From contig CAVSNY010000003.1 of the NCBI GenBank assembly GCA_963729605.1, positions 384,001-448,000 of the forward strand: a stretch of 64,000 nt of DNA, read 5' to 3'. Within the stretch, counting starts at the first letter, position 1. Every line of letters starts with the position of its first letter. The DNA comes from an uncultured Gammaproteobacteria bacterium (lineage in GTDB: Bacteria > Pseudomonadota > Gammaproteobacteria > DRLM01). Under the pieces are notes generated by a model. That model saw nothing but the letters and a program-made list of their open reading frames with translations. It did no database searches and was not told where the DNA came from. The translations under genes were made by a program, and so were the position numbers. Shown here piece after piece: positions 36,785 through 47,900 of this stretch.

Positions 36785-36983
36785 CTGCGGAGACCCCCCG
36801 CTCTATTTATTTATGTTATTTATGATTATCTCGCACGACGCTGGATACTTAAGAAATCGCGCGTACACAGAAGTCTATACTCGCCACTTCATTCTGCCCA
36901 GTAGGCACGGCTTCGATTCGTACAAATACTTTATATTAAACACGCAACTCTTTGTGTATTAAATTAATTTAAATAAACATCGA

Positions 36984-38093
36984 TCATAAATATTCTCGTC
37001 CAAACACGCCTTCCAGGCGGAAGGTGATGGAGGGTTCGGGGTCGAAACCCCGCTCTTCGAGAAAAATAACCTGGGGGATGAGCTCGATAAACAGCCAGCT
37101 TTTATAAACGTCTTTGCGATAATGCACCGCCGCGGTGTATTGCCTGACATCCCAATCCGGATCTTGAGTGGCCACCATGCTCAGTTGATAAACCAGATAT
37201 TGGCGCTGATCCAATTGTTGATAAAGCGATACGCGCTGTTCGGCGGTGAGAAATTGATCGTTCTCTTCCCAGCTCAAAATCGAGGCGCTGCGGAACAGCC
37301 AGGACTCACCGAGGCGCCGGTCGTATTCCAAGGCGGTGTTGGCGCCGAAGCCGTCATTGCTGAACCAGAACATGCTGCCGGACGCCCTTTCGAGCCATCC
37401 ATCCAGATTACGATAACGGCTGGCACGCAGACGCACGAACAGGTCCGGACTCCAACGTAACCGGACGCCCGCGGCCGGCCGGATGTCCCAATCCTTGGCC
37501 TGATTCACGCTCTCGACGGAGAGCAGATAGTCCTGCCGCTCCAGCACGTTCACTGGTGATTCATCGGGGCGGTCCGGGACACTTTCTTTGGCGTCGCTTT
37601 CGATGAGGAGTTTCAATTTCCGCTCGGTGCGCGGTAAATCGATCTTGATTCTAAGATCGCCGTCGAAACTCAGCTGATAATCTTTATCCAGCGTGGTGTC
37701 GAGGCGCAAGCGGGCGTAGGTCGACGTCGCTTCATCAAAGGATTTGTCCTCGGCGAAGAAACTGTCGATATTGCGCGCCATCCTCTCCAGGCCGGAGGAC
37801 ACCACTATATGCGCGGCCTCGGTCTTCTCCAGCAAGGTTTTTACATCGTCCTTTTCAATCTCATCTGCATCCCTTTCAAGCTCATCCGCGGCGGGTGCGG
37901 AATCGTCCGCGGCGGGAAGGTCGTCATCGCCGGGCGCGACCGATTCGTCCCCCTCTTGCGCGGGGATGGCGTCGACCAGGGTCTCGGCAAAAAGGGGCGC
38001 GGAATACATGACCAGCGTTACCGCCAATGTCATTACGGCTGCCACGCATCTGTGGGAAAAAGGACGGATCATGGGAACGGCGCGATCGTACAT
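36984..38093 (-). CDS. Hypothetical outer-membrane beta-barrel protein
   Basis: Signal peptide, acidic N-terminal region, alternating aromatic beta-strand patterns, C-terminal FRLEGVF. Confidence 0.7.
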   Translation of the reverse strand: MYDRAVPMIRPFSHRCVAAVMTLAVTLVMYSAPLFAETLVDAIPAQEGDESVAPGDDDLPAADDSAPAADELERDADEIEKDDVKTLLEKTEAAHIVVSSGLERMARNIDSFFAEDKSFDEATSTYARLRLDTTLDKDYQLSFDGDLRIKIDLPRTERKLKLLIESDAKESVPDRPDESPVNVLERQDYLLSVESVNQAKDWDIRPAAGVRLRWSPDLFVRLRASRYRNLDGWLERASGSMFWFSNDGFGANTALEYDRRLGESWLFRSASILSWEENDQFLTAEQRVSLYQQLDQRQYLVYQLSMVATQDPDWDVRQYTAAVHYRKDVYKSWLFIELIPQVIFLEERGFDPEPSITFRLEGVFGREYL

Positions 38094-38245
38094 TTAAGGG
38101 TTTGCGAATGTGCCGGAGTCACATCCCTCCGGTGGAAGTGAACGCCACGCGAGTCAGCGTCTCGATTGTACCTGGGCCGGACCGGGAGCTGAATGGGTCC
38201 CTCGCCCCGCCGCCGAAAAATTTTCGCGCTCTGGCGCGGTTATTT

Positions 38246-39319
38246 TCAGCGCGTGTATTTACGCACCCGGGCCGCGACCCGGCATAACAGTTCGTAGGGG
38301 ATGGTACCCGCGGCGGCAGCCACCTCCTCCACCGGCAGTTCCGGGCCCCATAAAATGACAGGGTCGCCGCAGCGGGCGGCGGGCTGGTCGCGCAGATCCA
38401 CGCAAATCATGTCCATGGAGACGCGGGCGATGAGCGGCGCATGGCGGCCGTTGACCAGCACCGGCGCCCCCGGGCTGATGCGGCGCGGATACCCGTCGCC
38501 GTAACCGATGGCCACCACCCCTACCGTCATGTCGGCGGGGCAGAGATAGTCGCCGCCGTAACCGATGCGTTCACCGCGCCGACGCGGATGGACGGCGATG
38601 AGCTGGGATTGCAGGCTCATCACCGGCTGCAAGCCCAAGTCCGCGCCGGTTCGCCCGGCGAAAGGCGACACGCCATACAGCATGATGCCGGGGCGGACCC
38701 AGTCGTTTTGGGTATCCGGCCAGGCGAGGATGCCCGCCGAATTGGCCAGGCTGCGTTCGCCGGGCAGCGCGGCCAGCGCGTCGTTGAAACAGCTGATTTG
38801 TTGGCGGGTGATATCGTCGTGCGGCTCATCGGCGCCGGCGAGGTGGCTCATGAAACCGATTACCGAGACACCGGGGCAGGATTTCAAACGTTGCCAGACC
38901 GCGGCCACCTGCTCCGGCGCGAAACCCAGGCGATGCATGCCGCTGTCCATTTTGATCCAGACTTGCAGCGCACCGTTTAACGCGCTCTGTCCCAGCATTT
39001 CCAACTGAGCGTCGTGATGAATGACGGTGATGATGTTCTCGCGGACCAAATCCGGCAATTCGGCCGCGGAGAAAAAACCCTCGAGCAACACGATGGGCCG
39101 GGTGATGCCCGCCTCGCGCAGGCTCATGGCCTCGTCGAGACAGGCGACGGCGTAGGCGTCGGCCTCGCTGAGGGCATGGGCCACCGTGACGATGCCGTGG
39201 CCGTAGCCGTTGGCCTTGATGACCGCCATGACCCGCCGGCCGGGGGCCGCCGCGCGCACCTTGCGCAGATTATGCTGTAACGCGCCGAGGTCGATGATGG
39301 CCCGCGCCGCCCGCGTCAT
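38246..39319 (-). CDS. alr: Alanine racemase
   Basis: AVIKANGYGHG, DSGMHRLGF, ANSAG, RPGIMLYG, GYGDGYPR. Confidence 0.97.
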   Translation of the reverse strand: MTRAARAIIDLGALQHNLRKVRAAAPGRRVMAVIKANGYGHGIVTVAHALSEADAYAVACLDEAMSLREAGITRPIVLLEGFFSAAELPDLVRENIITVIHHDAQLEMLGQSALNGALQVWIKMDSGMHRLGFAPEQVAAVWQRLKSCPGVSVIGFMSHLAGADEPHDDITRQQISCFNDALAALPGERSLANSAGILAWPDTQNDWVRPGIMLYGVSPFAGRTGADLGLQPVMSLQSQLIAVHPRRRGERIGYGGDYLCPADMTVGVVAIGYGDGYPRRISPGAPVLVNGRHAPLIARVSMDMICVDLRDQPAARCGDPVILWGPELPVEEVAAAAGTIPYELLCRVAARVRKYTR

Positions 39320-40710
39320 CCATAACCCTCGGAATAGACATCCTGCGTGTAGTTTTCGAAACGGGTGAATTGGCCGAGGAAGGTCAGCCGCGCCGTGCCG
39401 ATCGGGCCGTTACGCTGTTTGGCGATGATGATTTCCGCCGTGCCTTTGTCCGGGCTGTCTTCGTTGTAGACCTCGTCGCGGTAGATGAACACGATCAAGT
39501 CGGCGTCTTGTTCGATGGCGCCCGACTCGCGCAGATCCGACATCACCGGCCGCTTGTTGGGGCGCTGCTCCAAGCTGCGATTGAGCTGCGACAGCGCGAC
39601 CACCGGCACACTCAGCTCCTTGGCCAGGGCCTTCAACGAACGTGAGATCTCCGAGATCTCGGTCGCGCGGTTTTCCTTGTTGCCGTGCACCTGCATCAGC
39701 TGCAAGTAGTCGATGACGATCAACCCCAGACCGTGCTCGCGCTTGAGGCGGCGGGCGCGGGCGCGCAGATCGGTGGGCGTCAGCGCCGGCGTGTCGTCGA
39801 TGAACAGCGGCGTCTCCGCCAGCAGGCCCACCGCCGAGGTCAGCCGCGGCCAGTCGTCGTCGTTCAATTTGCCGGTGCGCAATTTGTGCTGATCGATGCG
39901 GCCCAGCGACGACATCATGCGCATGGCCAGCTGTTCCCCCGGCATTTCCATGCTGAACACCAGCACCGGCAGGCCGGTTTTGATCGCCGCGTTCTCGGCG
40001 ATGTTCATCGCGAAGGTGGTTTTGCCCATCGACGGCCGCCCGGCGACGATGACCAGATCGGACGGTTGCAGACCCGAGGTGCGGTCGTCGAAATCGGTGA
40101 AGCCGGTGGGCACGCCGGTGATGGGGTTGTCCTGTTGGAACAGCGTGTCGATGCGATCGACGACCTTGACCAGAATGTCTTTGATGCTGATATGGCCGCG
40201 CCGGCCGCGCGCGCCTTTTTCCGCGATCTCGAAGACCATTTGCTCGGCGTGATCGAGCAATTCGGCGGTGGAGCGGCCTTCGCGATTGAAGGCCGCGTCG
40301 CTGACCTGCGTGCCGACGCGGATCAGTTGGCGCGCCACCGCGTGGTCGCGCACGATGCCGGCGTAGGCCTTGATATTGGCGGCGCTGGGGGTGTTCTTGG
40401 CCAGCATGCCGAGATAGGCCAGGCCGCCGGCGTTGGCGAGCACGCCTTCATTCTCCAGCCGCTCCGAGACGGTGATCACGTCGAAGGGTGCGCCCTGCCC
40501 GGCCAGGGTGCTGATGGCCGAAAAAATCTGACGGTGATCGCGCCGGTAAAAGTCGTCGTCGCTGATCAGATCGGCCACGTCGTCCCAACTGGCGTTGTCC
40601 AACATCAGACCGCCCAACACGGCCTGTTCCGCCTCCACCGAATGGGGCGGGACTTTCAACTGTGCGGTGGCCGCATCCAGTGACTGCGTTAGATGAGCGA
40701 GTTCCTGCAT
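39316..40710 (-). CDS. dnaB: Replicative DNA helicase
   Basis: PPHSVEAEQ, AGRPSMGKT, IDYLQLM, SDLRESGAIEQDAD, KQRNGP; no intein. Confidence 0.98.
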   Translation of the reverse strand: MQELAHLTQSLDAATAQLKVPPHSVEAEQAVLGGLMLDNASWDDVADLISDDDFYRRDHRQIFSAISTLAGQGAPFDVITVSERLENEGVLANAGGLAYLGMLAKNTPSAANIKAYAGIVRDHAVARQLIRVGTQVSDAAFNREGRSTAELLDHAEQMVFEIAEKGARGRRGHISIKDILVKVVDRIDTLFQQDNPITGVPTGFTDFDDRTSGLQPSDLVIVAGRPSMGKTTFAMNIAENAAIKTGLPVLVFSMEMPGEQLAMRMMSSLGRIDQHKLRTGKLNDDDWPRLTSAVGLLAETPLFIDDTPALTPTDLRARARRLKREHGLGLIVIDYLQLMQVHGNKENRATEISEISRSLKALAKELSVPVVALSQLNRSLEQRPNKRPVMSDLRESGAIEQDADLIVFIYRDEVYNEDSPDKGTAEIIIAKQRNGPIGTARLTFLGQFTRFENYTQDVYSEGYG

Positions 40711-40926
40711 TGTTTATTGATGGCTTTATGGGCTGGCTGCATGACCCGGTCCCGGGCTGTGAGGCATCACATTACGGAGTAACAGGGGGAGACGTCAATC
40801 TTAAAAAAATCAGGTGAAGGCGGCGATTAAAATCGCAGGTCGGCGCAGTGCTTAACTAACGGCCGGTAACCGCCGGGTGCTCATCCACGAGGTGAGGTGG
40901 ACGTCATAAGCCGCTGTTGAAACACC

Positions 40927-40957
40927 GTCGCGCGCACGATTGAATCGTGCGCGTGAC
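40927..40957 (-). terminator. Hairpin downstream of rplI
   Basis: GTCGCGCGCACGATT-G-AATCGTGCGCGTGAC. Confidence 0.55.
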
Positions 40958-40969
40958 AGGAAAAAACAA

Positions 40970-41419
40970 TTATTCCTCAGCGACCACCACCACGGTGATT
41001 TGCGTGTTCACGTCGGCGTGAAGATGCAGCTCGATTTCATAACTGCCGATGTTGCGCAGCGGACCGCTGGGCAGGCGCACTTCGTGGCGTTTGAGCGTCA
41101 AACCAGCGAGGCCGGCGGCCTCGGCGATATCCACGGTGCCCACCGAACCGAACAGCTTGCCTTCGGTACCCGCCTTGGCGGCGATGGTGAGGGTCTTGCC
41201 GCTCAAGGTTTCAGCGCGGGCCTGGGCGGCACCGAGGGTTTCCGCCTCGGCCTTCTCGAGTTCGGCGCGGCGCTTTTCAAAGGCGGCCAGATTATCCGGC
41301 GTGGCGATCACGGCCTTGCGCTGCGGCAGCAGAAAGTTGCGGGCATACCCGCTACGCACCGCGACGCGATCACCCAATTTTCCCAGGTTCTGTACTTTTT
41401 CCAGCAGGATGACGTTCAT
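40970..41419 (-). CDS. rplI: 50S ribosomal protein L9
   Basis: [33 protein letters not shown]. Confidence 0.98.
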   Translation of the reverse strand: MNVILLEKVQNLGKLGDRVAVRSGYARNFLLPQRKAVIATPDNLAAFEKRRAELEKAEAETLGAAQARAETLSGKTLTIAAKAGTEGKLFGSVGTVDIAEAAGLAGLTLKRHEVRLPSGPLRNIGSYEIELHLHADVNTQITVVVVAEE

Positions 41420-41456
41420 TGTTAAAGTCCTCGTCTTGTCTCTATAACCAATTTGA

Positions 41457-42389
41457 TTACGTTTCAGATCCGCCGCCCGACGGCTTGTTACGACTCAAGC
41501 GGGCGCGGATATCCAACCAACTGTCACCAAAAGCCGCGGTGGCGAGCAACAAGGCCAATTGCGGCAATATAAACAAACCCAAAATATAGAAACCCGCCAG
41601 CCACGCCGTGTGCAAACCCTTGATCGCCACCACCCCGTGCAACAAGGCCAAACCGTGAAGCAGATACACGGCCACCAGCACCACCATCATATTGGCCGCC
41701 AGTTCCTGCGCCTTGCCCGAAGTCAGTAGACTGACCGCCATGATCGCGAAACACATCAGCGCGAAATTGCGGCTGAGGCGCAAGTCGTGAAACTCACGGC
41801 GGAAACCGCCGGGGTTATACAACAACGACTGCCACCAGCGGGCCAGCAACACGCTCAACAACCACCCCAGCACCCCCGCCGCCACCAGCATACCGGTCAT
41901 GTGCGGGGCGATCTGCGCGATCACCGTATTCATCATTTCCGGCGCACTGCCTTCTTGCGGGAGCTGGATCTCGCCGATCACCCGCTCCAAGGTCGCGCGC
42001 CAGGTATCGGCCGGGGCCTCCAACACCAAGTAGGTCAAGCCCACCCCCGCGATGCCAATGACCGCGGCGATCATCAAGGTGACCGGCAAGGACACCATGC
42101 GTCGCAACACCAAGGCCAGCAGCCACACCGGCAACCACACCCCCGCCGCGAACAGGCCGGCGTTGAGCGGATTGATCGAGGTCACCGCCGCGAACAAGGC
42201 CACGACGACACCGGCCCCGATCACGATGGTCAAGCCATCCATCCAACCGCGACGCAGGGTGACCAAGGCCACCACCGCGCCGCTGAGATAATTGAACGGC
42301 GGCAGCAGCAGCGACAACAGGGTCGCCGCCACCGCGACCAGCATGGCCTGCATCCGACCACGCATAATGTATTGAGCAAACGCCCGCAT
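41457..42389 (-). CDS. DUF2232-like multi-TM membrane protein
   Basis: [34 protein letters not shown]; conserved position between rpsR and rplI. Confidence 0.85.
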   Translation of the reverse strand: MRAFAQYIMRGRMQAMLVAVAATLLSLLLPPFNYLSGAVVALVTLRRGWMDGLTIVIGAGVVVALFAAVTSINPLNAGLFAAGVWLPVWLLALVLRRMVSLPVTLMIAAVIGIAGVGLTYLVLEAPADTWRATLERVIGEIQLPQEGSAPEMMNTVIAQIAPHMTGMLVAAGVLGWLLSVLLARWWQSLLYNPGGFRREFHDLRLSRNFALMCFAIMAVSLLTSGKAQELAANMMVVLVAVYLLHGLALLHGVVAIKGLHTAWLAGFYILGLFILPQLALLLATAAFGDSWLDIRARLSRNKPSGGGSET

Positions 42390-42468
42390 GGCTCACAGTC
42401 CGCTTAAAAGCAATCGGGCAAACGCCCATTGCGCGCGGTCTTTATCCCTGGATCTACCCTTGTTGTGT

Positions 42469-42693
42469 TCAGTGCGAATCGCAGTACGGCAACAGCGCCA
42501 GGAAACGGGCACGCTTGATGGCCGTGGACAATTGGCGCTGATAACGGGCATTGGTACCGGTGATCCGGCTCGGGACGATCTTGCCGGTTTCGGTGACATA
42601 ACCCTTCAGGGTTTGGATGTCTTTGTAGTCGATCTCTTTGACTTTGTCCGCGGTGAAACGGCAAAACTTTTTACGGCGAAAAAAACGTGACAT
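42469..42693 (-). CDS. rpsR: 30S ribosomal protein S18
   Basis: [36 protein letters not shown]. Confidence 0.98.
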   Translation of the reverse strand: MSRFFRRKKFCRFTADKVKEIDYKDIQTLKGYVTETGKIVPSRITGTNARYQRQLSTAIKRARFLALLPYCDSH

Positions 42694-42810
42694 GGTGCTC
42701 TCCGTTAACTTATCCGGCCAGGCGGCGCCGCGTACATAACGACAACCGCCCGCCCATACAACCTATCCAAACAACCGCGGGACCGGTGTGCCCCGCTCAA
42801 CCGTGGCGAC

Positions 42811-43215
42811 TTAGGCGTCGGCCCCGTCGCCGTCTCCGTGTTCGGCGTCACGCCGTTCGGAGAATTCGCGGGGGGGACGGCCGCCTTCGCGATCGTCTTT
42901 CGACTTGATCAGCGGGGACGGCTCGGTGACGGCGTCGTCGCGGCGCATGATCATATTGCGGATCACGGCGTCGTTGAAACGGAAGGCGGAGGCCAGTTCG
43001 TCGATCACGGCCTGGCTGCACTCGATGTTCATCAACACGTAGTGGGCCTTGTGGATCTTGTTGATGGGGTAAGCCAGCTGGCGGCGGCCCCAGTCCTCCA
43101 AACGGTGGACGGCACCGCCGTCGGCGGTGATGGCGGCGCGATAGCGCTCGATCATGGCGGGGACTTGGTCGCTCTGGTCAGGATGGACCAGAAACACCAC
43201 TTCATAGTGTCTCAT
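42811..43215 (-). CDS. rpsF: 30S ribosomal protein S6
   Basis: [36 protein letters not shown]. Confidence 0.98.
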   Translation of the reverse strand: MRHYEVVFLVHPDQSDQVPAMIERYRAAITADGGAVHRLEDWGRRQLAYPINKIHKAHYVLMNIECSQAVIDELASAFRFNDAVIRNMIMRRDDAVTEPSPLIKSKDDREGGRPPREFSERRDAEHGDGDGADA

Positions 43216-43221
43216 TTGAAA

Positions 43222-43266
43222 CTCCTCTCGGATTAGTAGCCTCCCGCTCAGCGGTGAGGCAAGGAG
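43222..43266 (-). ncRNA. rpsF leader, S6:S18-binding autoregulatory RNA
   Basis: CTCCTT-GCCTC...GAGGC-TACTAAT-CCG-AGAGGAG: the stem sequesters the SD and a CCG lies in the internal loop; TAGAAT -10 at 43292-43287. Confidence 0.7.
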
Positions 43267-43891
43267 AAATATTGTTAAGGCGGCGTATTCTAATGGAAAG
43301 CCTGGACCGAGGCAAATGGGGCGGATCGCCTCCGCCAGCCCCCGCTCACCCTGGCTATATTCTAAATATAACCGTGGCGTACCGGTCACCGGCAACCGGC
43401 ACCGCGGTCCGGGTTGCGTCGGGAACGGGCCGGCCCGCCCGGTCAAGCGGTGCGGGCCATGCCGTCGGTCCAAGAGGCGTGGAGAGGCTCGCCGCTCGCC
43501 ATGATGAATACCCGACGCACAAGCTAGTGATTTATTCGTCATATGAAGCGTCCGCGAATCGGAACCGCCGTAAAGATGAAGCACGATGAAACAGTGGCTT
43601 GACATCATCGGCGTGCGGGTGAAGACGGCCGTCATCGGTTACCGCTTCGTCAATCGCTGACCCGCCAGATCGCGATGAGATGAAGTATGTGCTCTTGCCC
43701 CGCCCTCATGCCGAGCGGCACTCACGCCGGCACCCACCGTGGGATATGTGGCGGCGAACTCGACAGTTCATTTTCACTAGGACGATCCACATATCGCTCG
43801 GGGTCAAGCAAGTCCGGCGCCGCAGTCAAGTCCACTTTGCGTCACATGGAAAAACTCTGGTATTAAACCGACATAACCCAGATGAACAGGT

Positions 43892-43914
43892 TTATCCACA
43901 GAATTTGTGGATAG
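43892..43914. promoter_or_regulatory. Inverted pair of DnaA boxes
   Basis: TTATCCACA (perfect) - GAATT - TGTGGATAG (one mismatch). Confidence 0.65.
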
Positions 43915-44116
43915 CTTGTGCCCGTACTTCGGAAAAGCAACCTCTCGTCATGCTCAAATCGCCATTGACATGGCATTCAATTGCGAAGTTGAACGACGGG
44001 TGCCAGCTTATCCGCCTTCTACATGTCATCGGCATAACCATACTGAGGCTGTGCTGCAAACACCTACAGTCTCATCATCAAGTAAATTTCTCTTCATTTA
44101 AAGCATATTGCTTTTA

Positions 44117-44584
44117 TCAGTCCTTATTTATCTCAACAGTATTCGCATCTTGCCAGGGTGACGCGGAAGGATGAGGCATGTGAGATTTCGCGTCATGATG
44201 TTTCACGCGCACGGTACCACCGGGTATCAACGGCGGCGGAATCAGCAGGCTGAATTCAGCGTGGAGGGACTTGACGCTTTTTTGTAGGTGATCGATCTCA
44301 GCCTCTTTCATCACCTTACCGTCCGGACCGAGCAACTCCACGTGCAGATGCCCTGGGATGGGTCCGCGCGCGGGAATGCGCCGTGCCAGTTCACCGCGCA
44401 AGACTAGCCCCTCTTCGCTAGTCTGTAGATAGGTACGGATTATGTGCACACTGCTGGAATCAATGTTCTCCAGCTTCATTACGTCCTGTTGCACCCATGC
44501 CGGGGTGGTAGCGCATCCCGTGGCTAATATCGCTACCGTTAATAAAGTAGCAGTACTCGTTATTTTGTGTACCTGTTTCATCAT
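44117..44584 (-). CDS. Hypothetical lipoprotein at the end of the metal-efflux operon
   Basis: Lipobox-like LATGC; several His residues (GHLH, HHD, HMPH); SD GGAG. Confidence 0.75.
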   Translation of the reverse strand: MMKQVHKITSTATLLTVAILATGCATTPAWVQQDVMKLENIDSSSVHIIRTYLQTSEEGLVLRGELARRIPARGPIPGHLHVELLGPDGKVMKEAEIDHLQKSVKSLHAEFSLLIPPPLIPGGTVRVKHHDAKSHMPHPSASPWQDANTVEINKD

Positions 44585-44625
44585 GGCCGTCTCTCCTTTA
44601 CGTTTAAAAGATCACATATAAAAAT

Positions 44626-44931
44626 CTATAACCGACCCTGTTGCTCTACTGGGCTGACCCAGTAAATACCTTGCCCCTGAAAACTCCGCTGAGACAGCAA
44701 TGCGGCCAGCACGAGGCTGACATCCGCATCCACCAGCAGCACATCCACGCGTACCCGAGGCACATACCCCACTACCTTGTCGCGTGCCGACAAAAAAGGA
44801 TCTGCCCCGCTGTAGCCGGAGTGGCCCTCAACGGGGGTGAGAGTAAAACCTTGCACCTGCTCAAGCGCACGCAGACTGTCGGCCAGCGCTTGTTGGGCGC
44901 CGGCGTGGATGACCAGCGTCAGATTCTTCAT
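44626..44931 (-). CDS. DUF3240-like PII-fold protein
   Basis: VQGFTLTPVEGH, RDKVVGY, YWVSPV; ATGA overlap with the RND pump gene. Confidence 0.8.
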   Translation of the reverse strand: MKNLTLVIHAGAQQALADSLRALEQVQGFTLTPVEGHSGYSGADPFLSARDKVVGYVPRVRVDVLLVDADVSLVLAALLSQRSFQGQGIYWVSPVEQQGRL

Positions 44932-47900
44932 AGGTTTTCTCCCTTATTGCGTTCAGCGCGCCCTTCGAGCCACGCGTAGAGTGTGGGCAGCAAAATCAAG
45001 GTCAGCAGAGTCGAAGTAACCAGGCCGCCGATCACCACCACCGCCAAAGGCCGTTGCAGTTCCGAACCTGGTCCGGTAGCAGCTAACAGCGGCACCAAAC
45101 CGAGACTGGCGATCAGCGCCGTCATCAATACCGGCCGCAAGCGCCGTTCCGCCCCTTCCTGTACCGCCTGCAATACCGTGCGGCCCGCCTCGCGCAGTTG
45201 ATTGAAGTAACTCACCATCACCACGCCGTTGAGCACCGCCACTCCGAACAGAGTGATGAACCCGACCGAGGCAGGCACGGAAAGATACAACCCCGAGAGA
45301 TAGAGACTGATCACACCGCCGATCATGGCGAAGGGGATGTTGAGGATAATCAACCCCGCTTGCCGTAGCGAACGGAAGGTGGTGAACAGCATCAAGAAGA
45401 TCAGCATGACGGCGATGGGCACCACCAGCGCCAGACGCGCGGCGGCACGCTGCTGGTTTTCGAACTGGCCGCCGTAGGTGATGTAGTAACCCTCCGGCAA
45501 CTTCACTTCCCGTTGAATGGTCGTACGCACTTCATCGACGAAACCCACTACGTCACGTCCCTCGACATTGGCCTGCACCACCACTTGTCGTTTGGCCGAC
45601 TCACGCGAGATCACTACCGGGCCATCCACTTCGCGGATCTCGGCCAGCGTCGCCAGCGTTATCTTGTCGCCTGCGGGTGTCTCCACCAGCAGCGCGGCGA
45701 TCGCCTCGGGCGAAGTGCGAGCCTGTTCCGGGTAGCGCAACAACACGCCGATGCGCTGACTCTCTTCGATCACCTCGGTGACCACGCGGCCACCCACCGC
45801 CACCTCGATCAGTTTATTGATCGCTTCAGTGTTGATGCCGAAACGGGCGATGGCCTCGGGCTTGATCTCGATCTGGAGATAGATCTGGCCGGAGAGCTGT
45901 TCACGAAACACATCCACCGCGCCGGGGATCGCATTCACTAGATCTTCAATCTGTTTCGATGTTTCTTCCAGCAAAGTGAGGTCGTCGCCATAGAGCTTGA
46001 TCGCCATGGCGGCGCGCACGCCGGTAAGCATTTCCGAAACCCGCATGTCGATGGGCTGGGTGAAGGCGTAGTCGATGCCGACGAACCCCTCCAGTTTTTC
46101 ACGCAGTTGCGCCTGAAACTCCTCCAGACTCACCGTCCACTCGTCGCGCGGTTTGGTAAGCAGGAAGTTGTCGGTCTGGTTGAGGTCCATCGGGTCCAGG
46201 CGCAGCTCGTCGGCGCCGGTACGCGACACCACGCCGATCACCTCCGGCAATTCCATCATCGCCTTCTGGTAAGGTACATCCAGCTCCAGCGACCGCTCCA
46301 GCGAGATACTCGGCAGCTTCTCGATGATGACCACGGTGGTCCCCTCATCCATCACCGGCATGAACTCCTTGCCGATGAGGGGAAACAGTGCCAGCGCAAT
46401 CATCAATGCCGCCAGCGCGCCGCCGACTGCGATCTTGCGTTGCCGCAAGGCCCAGCGCATCACCGGCAGGTAGAGGTTTTTCAGGGCGGTGAGCAGCCGT
46501 CCATCCTCCTCGCCGCCGCCACGCATCAGCAGGCTGGCGAGCACCGGGATCACCGTCAGCGACAGCAGCAGCGAACCGAGCAGGGCGAAGCTGATGGTCA
46601 CTGCCAGCGGCGTGAACATCTTGCCCTCCAGCCCACTCAGACTGAACAGCGGCAGGAAAACCACGATGATGATGAGAATGCCGGAGATCACCGGCGTCGC
46701 CACCTCGACCACCGCGCGGTAGACCAGATGCAGACGGCTGACCCCTTTGGGCGCATGGCTGAGGCGGGTGTGGATATTCTCCACCACCACCACGGCGGCA
46801 TCCACCAGAATACCGATGGCGATGGCGAGCCCTCCCAGCGACATGAGGTTGGCGCCGATGCCGAAGATGCGCATCATGACAAAGGTGAACAGCACCGACA
46901 GCGGCAGGATCAACGCCACCGTCAAGGCGCTACGCAGATTGCCGAGCATCACCAGCAACACGATTAGTACCAGGACTACCGCTTCGCCGAGGGCCTTCTC
47001 CACCGTCCAGACCGAATCATTCACCAGTTCGGTACGGTCGTAAAAGGGAATGATCTCGATGCCCTTGGGCAGTGCCGGCTTGAGTTCTTCCAGCGCCTGC
47101 TTGGCCCCTTCGACGGTGGTGCGGCTATTGGCCCCTTCGCGCAGCAATACCAGGCCGGTGACCACCTCGCCCTTGCCGTCCGCCGTGACCGCGCCGTAGC
47201 GAGTCAGCGAGTTGATGCGCACCTCGGCGACATCGCGCACATGGACCGGGATGCCGTTGCGGCTGGCGACGGTGATGGCGCCGATCTCCTCCATGCCGCG
47301 CAACTGGCCGACGGTGCGCACCAGCAGCACTTCGTTGTTACGGTTGATGCGGTCGCCGCCGGCATTGCGGTTGTTGGTTTGGAGCGCGGTTTCCAACTCG
47401 TCGATCCCCAGGCCATGGGCCGCCAGCGCCACCGGATCGGCGACCACCTCGAAGACCTTCACCTCGCCGCCGAGGGAGTTGACATCAGCCACCCCCTCGA
47501 CGCCGCGCAGACGCGGCCGGATCACCCAATCCTGGATGCGGCGCAGCTCCTGATTGCTGTAGCCCTCGCCCTCGACGCGGTACATATAACCCTCGCCCAG
47601 CGGCGTGGTGATCGGGCCAAGCCCGCCCTCGACACCCGCGGGCAGTTCGTCCCACACCTGGTTGAGCCGTTCCGCCACCTGCTGGCGCGCCCAATAGATG
47701 TCGGTGCCGTCCTCGAAGTCGATGACGATGATGCTGAGAGCATATTTGGTGGTGGAGCGGAGCATGGTCTGACGCGGCAGCCCCTGCATCTCTACCTCGA
47801 TAGGGAAGGTGATCCGGCTCTCCACCTCGGTGGGCGAGAGTCCCGGCGCCTTGACGACCACCCGTACCTGGGGCGCCGATATTTCGGGAAAGGCGTCGAT

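Noticed and set aside
42694-42810. priB between rpsF and rpsR
   Set aside because: The gap is only about 117 bp with no PriB-like ORF; absence of priB is common outside enterobacteria and Betaproteobacteria.
43892-43914. Chromosomal oriC
   Set aside because: Only two DnaA boxes, no clear DUE repeat array, and no dnaA/gidA context.
43254-44174. ORFs in the gap between rpsF and the efflux operon (43254-43589, 43680-44174 and a 24-aa ORF at 43586-43660)
   Set aside because: No recognisable motifs or convincing SD; treated as non-coding or decayed sequence.
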